Shown: piece after piece, positions 17,401 to 23,571 of the stretch
How positions within the stretch are numbered: the first letter of the stretch is position 1
How the letters are laid out: each line of letters begins with the position of its first letter
Virus record (IMG/VR): IMGVR_UViG_3300032073_000226
Coordinates: 1-25,345 of that record
Origin: a virus
Lineage: Duplodnaviria; Caudoviricetes
Reading direction: 5' to 3' (one strand)
Length of the DNA: 25,345 nt
Made by a program: the position numbers and the translations under genes
The notes under the pieces: generated by a model
Database searches by the model: none
The model's input: the letters and a program-made list of their open reading frames with translations, nothing else
Told to the model about the DNA's origin: nothing

Positions 17401-18552
17401 TCTTACTCTCACTGGAAAATAAGCGATGGAACTACAATTCGTAGCATTAGAGGTCTAGAAGAAACTCAGTTTCTAGGTGTTAGTGGAATAGAAACTCAAA
17501 CAAGGACTACGGGCGCTAGTGGCTTGACCATATCTGCCGGTCCTCTGTCCGGTTGGGCAAACTACAACTTCTATAATGAACTTGGTCAGACAAGGATCAG
17601 AGCAAAACAAGCAAAGAGCGATGCGATTGCACACGCCAACCTTGCTAGTGGTTCCTTGGCTTATGAGATAAATCAAGTCTCTGGTTATCCCAACGGTCTG
17701 GTTTATCAGGTTAGCGGTTGGACTGTCGGTGAACTTAACTCCATATCTGGGGTCGGTGGTCAGATAGATGCTGTTAGCGGTTGGTCTCTAGAAAATCTAA
17801 CTCAAATATCTGGATTTAATGGTATAATAGATCAGGTTAGCGGTTGGACAGGGTATAATTTAGATGCCATATCTGGCGTAGACGGTGTAATTGATCAAGA
17901 TGTTTCCGCAATGAGCGGCGCTTTAAACAATGAATTAAATCTCCTATCTGGCATTGCAGATAATCTCTGGAATGGTTATCCTTCTGGTTTAATTTGGCAA
18001 GTTAGTGGTATATTCAATACTGTCTCTCTTCTTAACCTTACAGCGGGTAGTGGTTTAATCTTAGAAAACGATGAGTTTAGAACTCACGGAAGCGGAACTT
18101 TTAACAAAGTTATCCTAAGTAGAAACTCCGATCCATCTGGTCAAATAGTTGCTGATTCTGGTGGTCCTAATAATATTGTTAATTCAAGTGGTTATCTTGT
18201 CACTCCTTTCTACGATAAAAGGACCACGCTAGAAACCGCAATAACTCCTTCTGCTGCAAATTCTGGTGCTATATTCTTTGCTGGAGATCATCCTGTAAGG
18301 TCTCAAGGTTCTTCTTGGTCAAGACCTGTGAATATAGAAGGTTTCTTACTAGATAATTTACTTGCGCCAACAAGTTACAGCAGTCCTACGAGCGGTAGAC
18401 TTACAGTTATGGATGATCAGTTTTCATCGTCCGATGTTGTTTATGTGACAAACAGAGATACCTATCTTTCAATTAGTGGTACACTTTTCTGTGTTGCGGC
18501 TTTAGTAAATGGGGAATATAGACCAATCTATCATGCTTGCAGCGGAGCTTAG
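14488..18552 (+). CDS. Large fibre/adhesin-like virion protein with Ser-Gly repeats
   Basis: 1354 aa. N-terminal N.A.G..AL repeats (YadA-head-like), 10-11-aa SG-anchored repeats and six Trp-led beta modules. Confidence 0.75.
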   Translation: MTIRSRDEFQNLINSLLPDNTSREISPEDMRSVFTDLADSIGSFLAKQEIVSLNFATPDTRTTIAGEDALKQIGLVGRSSIDNSALGYGALQFSYTGERNTAVGSESLKFLSLGHDNVAIGKDTLCATTAGSGNVALGNFALQKNKRGDFNIAIGYGAGHYVDDNSSFKLYLGSFPDASGDCDTTYDQGKPPLIYGDLLNNQLGIGVKSFHNDTTALQVSGSIIPHESGGSFSLGSGSYTWDAYLNNVYISGELNYPLAWDFNVTDGAVAPNLVASGDTIHISGVSGIKTEFLDLNENKYVFISASPISGWAESNLNSISGDNGLLHSISGYPNGLIYQTSGSLASEINAVSGVGGQIDQVSGWSQYNFSAISGFPNGLLYQSSGSLASEINSVSGVGGVIDQVSGYLANYPQGLIYLVSGWNKGYTDAQVGAAGGYTFWELEGQYGASGQVQHSNTVVISGISGVETELHGADPGNFYNLVINAAPVSGYVDDREAALTTLISTNSNDIDDITDVRLPQISGFPNGLLYLASGSLASEINDVSGVGGQIDSVSGWTYDNLNLLSGIHDGPLWGGKPSGLIFQVSGFLKYYIDNKDLTAGGYNHWKVETIDDYDTTRSSFNVDSRDTVLFSGVDGISISGYEDSSLNTVEISASPISGYLESRLASIIEDVDTNTEVNSSQATSITDLEGNIASTGSTLLKEIDTISGVNGTLKQTSGNLNNTISSVSGYLSNYPEGLIYLVSGWNKQYTDTQVDFNVSEDGYGYWRIGDATTTNYQIGSTDKLNAIGKDGISTQVRQSAGINYLDISASPLSGLMVDDLNSISGIGGIIDERIKNAGGDGTFFAWILSDSVRESQIQGTDKAKFVGISGIETFLEVENDKVLISAHPLSGYLDSRIDGISSQLDCIKGVNCPDSNTECCNNVSGWAQTNLNILSGIAPTVYGPSGLIWSVSGYNKSYTDEQIQGLSISSDSYSHWKISDGTTIRSIRGLEETQFLGVSGIETQTRTTGASGLTISAGPLSGWANYNFYNELGQTRIRAKQAKSDAIAHANLASGSLAYEINQVSGYPNGLVYQVSGWTVGELNSISGVGGQIDAVSGWSLENLTQISGFNGIIDQVSGWTGYNLDAISGVDGVIDQDVSAMSGALNNELNLLSGIADNLWNGYPSGLIWQVSGIFNTVSLLNLTAGSGLILENDEFRTHGSGTFNKVILSRNSDPSGQIVADSGGPNNIVNSSGYLVTPFYDKRTTLETAITPSAANSGAIFFAGDHPVRSQGSSWSRPVNIEGFLLDNLLAPTSYSSPTSGRLTVMDDQFSSSDVVYVTNRDTYLSISGTLFCVAALVNGEYRPIYHACSGA

Positions 18553-18555
18553 AAT

Positions 18556-21500
18556 ATGACATGTTGTTGCGTAACACCACCTCCAGATCCTCCTCCCGTG
18601 GGTTCTTGCTGCTTCACAGAACTCAGCAAAACCTTGGTAAGAACTGGAGCTCGTCGCCAAAACCAAGAAAATCCATATAACGTACTTAACGCGCCACTGT
18701 TCTGGTCGGACCCCTTATCGCATTCACTGGCAGCTGCACAGGCAATTTTAGATTACCTTGAGGGCGGACCAGATCTTGGATATTTCTATGATGTAAATGG
18801 AGACGGGTTTATAACTAACATTGACCATCTTATCTTATTAAATTTTGCGAGTTTTTTGACAAATAATCCTAAAACTAAAGGAAATGTTTGTGTAGACAAT
18901 ATAACTCAAGCCCAATGCTTTGCAAATTTTGGTGTTGGAACTGCTAGTGGTCCTTTAACCGATGAAGAAAAACTTGCTGACAATTTACCAGAAACTCTTT
19001 TCAAAAGATATAACCATAGATTTACAGCAAACCAAAGTTGCGGAGAACAAGTTTCATGTCCTCTTGATCCTACTATTTCTTACAACACTGCTTGTGGAGA
19101 AGTAGATTGCCCCGGATACTATTGTAATGTAGAAACTGGCGACTGTAATTTACGTAGTACTATAGACTCAAGTTTACTAGGAAGATATCCCTACACACTG
19201 GTTGACAATTGTAATGAATGTGAAAAACAAAATCCCGGATGTTGCTGCTACTATTGGGAAGACCCTGAAGGAAAAATACCAGACTACAATAATGTTTTTT
19301 ACGTATCAGACGATTCACTATGCAATGCCGGTAGAACCTTTCATGTAAATCAATTTATATTTCCTACTTCAAAGTTTGTCAGTGAAGCCAACGGTGGATT
19401 TACTAGAGACTCCAATGGAAACATTATTTGTGGTTCGATATCTCCTTGTAACGGAGATGATGACGATGACGATGACGATGACGATCCTCCTGTTAGCGGT
19501 TGGTACTGTCTTGAGGAGCTTAACACTGGAAACAAGTTTTGTCAATTCTTTAACAGAGACCCTAAAGAAGAAGGGTTTATTGACACTTCAGTAAAAGGTG
19601 GTCCGTTTCAAGAGAAAAGTATTTGCGACGAGAATTGTGCCGATGGTGATGATGATCCTCCCCATCCTCCCGCAGATCAAGGTTACATATGCTTGAGTAT
19701 AGATAAAAATGGATTATCAGATATAGTTCTGACTAACCATTGTAACGTAGACCCTTTTACTATAGATGTTTTAGTAAATAGATTTAAATATGATAAAACG
19801 GGTAAGGCTGGACCTGTATCTATTGAAGTTTTAGCTCTTCGTAACAATGTTGAACTTCTTTCTGGTACGGTAAATTTCCCCACTCCAGACATAGTAAACG
19901 AAGAGTTTACCCAAACAGTACCTTTTACTTTAACTCTACCTAGAGATTTTTCTACTGGTGAACATCCTTTATTTGTACAACTTAGGAACCCGACAAATGG
20001 AGCGAAGATAAGCAGTTTTACGTGCCGTTTAGAAATTAAAGTTGTAATTCCAGACGAGTGTCCATTTTGTTGCAAAGATGATGCTGTTATAGGAACAAAT
20101 ATTTCTCCTTGTGATTGCTTTGCTTTAGGCGGCGAATGCTCAAATACAAATGACTGCGGTACACCTAGAGATGACTTAGGTCGATGCTGTTACGGTCCAA
20201 GTGATTGCAATCCACCTTGCCCAGAGGCTCAAATATGCGAAGACGGAATAACAAAGCGAGAGTGTGACGAGAAAATATTCTCCATTAACGGAATAACTTT
20301 TCCGACTATTAGAGATTTTTCCAAAGGTGAAAATTGCGATTCTGATCCTTGCTATACAACTACCACAACAACTACAACTCCAAGTCCATGCTCTTGCGCA
20401 GAGGCAGGAAAAATAGATTGTGAAGAAAATATAAATGAAGACGGTTGTATATTTGTATATAATTCATCGACTGATTCTTTCTCGTTAACTTCAAATTGTC
20501 CAGATGGAGCATCTTGCTTAGATTACGATGTAGATTGCTTTAGAACCCCTGCGTTAAGTAACGGCGATTTATTTGGAAAACCATGCTGCTGTACAACGCC
20601 GCCGCCCGTAAGTTCAAAATGTGACTATTGTTGTGTAGATCCAGACGGAGCAGGTTCAATAACCCTTTCCTCTGCTGAATGTGCTGCTCTAAAAGGTGTT
20701 TGTATAAATTCTGGAGACCTTCCCGCTTATACCGCAAGTTCCCCTTTTGAGGACGTGGCAAAGTCTTATTGTAACACAAACAGTTGCGACCCAATCACGG
20801 GATACTTAGTAAGATATGAGGGAAGTGGAGTTCATACTCCTAACAGTCAATCGTATACCATATCGCATAGCGGAAACGTTAACTTCCGTCTTTACAGTGG
20901 TCTTTTACATGATAAGTCTTTTTCTTGGACTAATCTAGATTCTGGGAATTGCCCTGTAAAAGTAACCTTAAAGAAAGATGGTGTCACCGTATGCGAATCG
21001 CCATACTTTGGTGATCCGTCTTACCAAGCAGAACTAAACGCGGCTCTAGGTTCTTCAAGTCCAATATCTCCTTGGCGGGGCGTATTTCATAGCGGTATTT
21101 TCTTCGATAGTGCGGGAACTCTAGGTGTAGATATTAGTTCTCCACTAGATTGCGGAGAGAAGTCAACTTGGTCCTATAATGCGACCTGTCCTTATAATTG
21201 TATAAATAGTATTGTTAATAACCTGACTGATGAATCTGATGAGTTTTTTGTCCCCGCATTTGAAAGAAGATTTAGTCACGTAATTAATTTAGGCGGGTTT
21301 TTAAATTTTGATGAATATCCAAACTTGGGGTATAATCCAGACAGACTTTTTGATTTTGACACTGATACAAGCACTTTTGCTCATATTTCAGATAAACACT
21401 ATCCGGGCATAAGCCCTTACAACGTACCGCAAAACAAAACGGTTATGATAGGTGAAAAATATCGCGGCGGGGGATTTGTTAATTACCGCGACTGTGGTAT

Positions 21501-22518
21501 TGGTACAAACTATTTTTATAAATTAGGTCAGACGCCCGGATCGTTGATTGGGTCACCCACATTGGGAGATTTAAATGGTTTTTGGCAACTAGGCACTCCC
21601 CCGGATGTTGCAGGATTTGATACAGAAGGCGGTATAGTAGAATTTGACGTAAAAACTAAACCCGGACATTCCGATCACCCAAAGACATTTACACTTAAAA
21701 TTCCTTATGGATGGAGTATTTCAAATACTGCTAGTTCAAATAGTTGTAAACCCTTCTACGATTGGGGTCTTTACTATCCAGACGAATTTAGTAACTTAGA
21801 ATGGGACAAACCATCAGACGTTAGCGACTTCCTCGAATTCTACCGTTCATCTAATAAGTGGGGTTATGAGTATCCGCATGGAGACTGCACCCAAGCAAAT
21901 TTACTACTTCACGTAAAACAAGAAGGAAATTTTTGCTCTCGAAAATACATACCCTCATCAGGACAGCGTGACGGAATATACTGCTCGTATGACTTTAACG
22001 ACTTTAAAATTGGTTGCATTACGGTACACTCTCAAGATATAGAAGATCATAGCATACCTGATGCATTTGATTTCAAATATACATACGAGCTTCCTTATCT
22101 ATTACTCGACGAGGTTTTACATCTTGGTACTAGTAACTATCAGGATTGTTCATGCTTTGCAACTATGTGTTGCGATGGCTCAGACCTTGATGGTGATTGC
22201 TATGAAAATGTTTCAGAAGAAACATGTGATTGCAAAATAGGCGCTGGAATTTACAACCCCACTGTTCAAGAAATATTTGACGACGCTTGCAATCCAATAT
22301 TTACCGATCACTCTGCTTATTTCACACACTGGAATGCGTTTTTTGGTATCTTAGGTGGACGCGGATTAAATGGTTGCGATTCTCCTCCTAATGAAGTTCC
22401 TGAAATAAGCGATTACACTTTCCCTATAAGCGATGGTTTTTGGAGTTATCCAAGTTGTGGTCAGATTAAAAGAATATGCGCAGGCGACGACGAGGAAAGC
22501 AACCCGGACTTATCATAA
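18556..22518 (+). CDS. Large Cys-rich modular protein with dockerin-like and Calx-beta-like modules
   Basis: 1320 aa, about 80 Cys by hand count; CC/CCC motifs; YDVNGDGFITNIDHLILLN; poly-D, poly-T and poly-P linkers. Confidence 0.7.
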   Translation: MTCCCVTPPPDPPPVGSCCFTELSKTLVRTGARRQNQENPYNVLNAPLFWSDPLSHSLAAAQAILDYLEGGPDLGYFYDVNGDGFITNIDHLILLNFASFLTNNPKTKGNVCVDNITQAQCFANFGVGTASGPLTDEEKLADNLPETLFKRYNHRFTANQSCGEQVSCPLDPTISYNTACGEVDCPGYYCNVETGDCNLRSTIDSSLLGRYPYTLVDNCNECEKQNPGCCCYYWEDPEGKIPDYNNVFYVSDDSLCNAGRTFHVNQFIFPTSKFVSEANGGFTRDSNGNIICGSISPCNGDDDDDDDDDDPPVSGWYCLEELNTGNKFCQFFNRDPKEEGFIDTSVKGGPFQEKSICDENCADGDDDPPHPPADQGYICLSIDKNGLSDIVLTNHCNVDPFTIDVLVNRFKYDKTGKAGPVSIEVLALRNNVELLSGTVNFPTPDIVNEEFTQTVPFTLTLPRDFSTGEHPLFVQLRNPTNGAKISSFTCRLEIKVVIPDECPFCCKDDAVIGTNISPCDCFALGGECSNTNDCGTPRDDLGRCCYGPSDCNPPCPEAQICEDGITKRECDEKIFSINGITFPTIRDFSKGENCDSDPCYTTTTTTTTPSPCSCAEAGKIDCEENINEDGCIFVYNSSTDSFSLTSNCPDGASCLDYDVDCFRTPALSNGDLFGKPCCCTTPPPVSSKCDYCCVDPDGAGSITLSSAECAALKGVCINSGDLPAYTASSPFEDVAKSYCNTNSCDPITGYLVRYEGSGVHTPNSQSYTISHSGNVNFRLYSGLLHDKSFSWTNLDSGNCPVKVTLKKDGVTVCESPYFGDPSYQAELNAALGSSSPISPWRGVFHSGIFFDSAGTLGVDISSPLDCGEKSTWSYNATCPYNCINSIVNNLTDESDEFFVPAFERRFSHVINLGGFLNFDEYPNLGYNPDRLFDFDTDTSTFAHISDKHYPGISPYNVPQNKTVMIGEKYRGGGFVNYRDCGIGTNYFYKLGQTPGSLIGSPTLGDLNGFWQLGTPPDVAGFDTEGGIVEFDVKTKPGHSDHPKTFTLKIPYGWSISNTASSNSCKPFYDWGLYYPDEFSNLEWDKPSDVSDFLEFYRSSNKWGYEYPHGDCTQANLLLHVKQEGNFCSRKYIPSSGQRDGIYCSYDFNDFKIGCITVHSQDIEDHSIPDAFDFKYTYELPYLLLDEVLHLGTSNYQDCSCFATMCCDGSDLDGDCYENVSEETCDCKIGAGIYNPTVQEIFDDACNPIFTDHSAYFTHWNAFFGILGGRGLNGCDSPPNEVPEISDYTFPISDGFWSYPSCGQIKRICAGDDEESNPDLS
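19456..19485 (+). repeat. Poly-Asp (D10) tract
   Basis: GATGATGACGATGACGATGACGATGACGAT in frame. Confidence 0.9.
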
Positions 22519-22543
22519 TTTAAGAAAGAAAAAAAGGAAAAAA

Positions 22544-23569
22544 ATGGAAAAGAAATTATCAATAGGATTTGCGCACCACAATGATTTTAGTGGCGCATGG
22601 TTCACAATACAAGACATAAGAAAAGAACTTTTGTTTAACGGAAGGAAAGATCTTTTAGATCAAATAGAATTTGTTGTTGTTGAGAACGACAAAAAATCCT
22701 CTCACTCAAACGAACTAAAACATTTTTTAGTTAATACTTTGAGCAAAGAAAAGTCTTTGGTCTATTCAATAATGAGTGCGAACGGTACTGGTATAGCAAA
22801 AAATGAAGTCGTTAAAATTGCAAATGCAGACTTTGTACTTGTGCTTGACTGCCATGTGCTACTTTGCCCTGTGGTTCAAACAATAGAAAAACTATTTAAA
22901 TTTATAGAAGAAAATCCAGAAACAAACCACATCTATAACGGACCACTGGTTTACGACGATTGCATGAATCTTTCAACGCATTTGTCTGACAAGTGGAGTG
23001 ACTCCATGTGGGGTACTTGGTCAACTGCGATGTCTTGTTCTTGCAGAAACTTCAACTTTGAAATAAGAACAGATGGAGATCAGGGAAAATTCCACTCAGT
23101 TGCAACAGGAAAGGAAATAACTAAATGTGAAAATTGTGGTCATAATTTTTACACAGACAAGAACGAGGGTATTATTCCAACCATGATGTTAAACAGCGAT
23201 GAACCTTTTGAGATTTTCGCTCAAGGTACAGGTTGTTTCTTTGTTAGGAAAGATGCTTGGTTGGGTTATAATCAACATGCTAGGGGTTTTGGTGGAGAAG
23301 AATGCTATATACATGAAAAATACAGAAAAGCAGGACATAAAGCCTACTGCTTACCATTCCTAAAGTGGTTACACAGATTTGGTAGACCAGAAATGCCAAA
23401 ATACCCCCTGAAAAACCAATATAAGTTAAGAAATTACATATTGGAGTTTGTAGAGTTGGGTCTAGACCTTTCTCCAGTTAAACAACATTTTAGTCAACAA
23501 AGTGATTTTGATGAAATAGTGTATAATTCTTTTGTAAGAGAAGCAAATTATCTATATAACAGGGAATAG
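22544..23569 (+). CDS. GT-A fold glycosyltransferase (GT2/GT27-like)
   Basis: LSIG..., EFVVVEND, GTGIAKN, FVLVLDCHVLL (DxH), GCFFVRKDAW, GFGGEE, WLHRF. Start reassigned to ATG 22544 (AAGGA upstream, no overlap with the previous gene). Confidence 0.85.
   Translation: MEKKLSIGFAHHNDFSGAWFTIQDIRKELLFNGRKDLLDQIEFVVVENDKKSSHSNELKHFLVNTLSKEKSLVYSIMSANGTGIAKNEVVKIANADFVLVLDCHVLLCPVVQTIEKLFKFIEENPETNHIYNGPLVYDDCMNLSTHLSDKWSDSMWGTWSTAMSCSCRNFNFEIRTDGDQGKFHSVATGKEITKCENCGHNFYTDKNEGIIPTMMLNSDEPFEIFAQGTGCFFVRKDAWLGYNQHARGFGGEECYIHEKYRKAGHKAYCLPFLKWLHRFGRPEMPKYPLKNQYKLRNYILEFVELGLDLSPVKQHFSQQSDFDEIVYNSFVREANYLYNRE
23519..23527 (+). promoter_or_regulatory. Putative late promoter motif GTGTATAAT
   Basis: Within the 3' end of the GT gene, about 45 nt before ATG 23572, a spacing similar to the 8738 and 13936 copies. 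Confidence 0.45.
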
Positions 23570-23571
23570 AA

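Noticed and set aside
22433-22543. N-terminal extension of the GT ORF in the track
   Set aside because: It overlaps the upstream gene and translates the A-rich intergenic spacer. ATG 22544 begins the GT-A fold.
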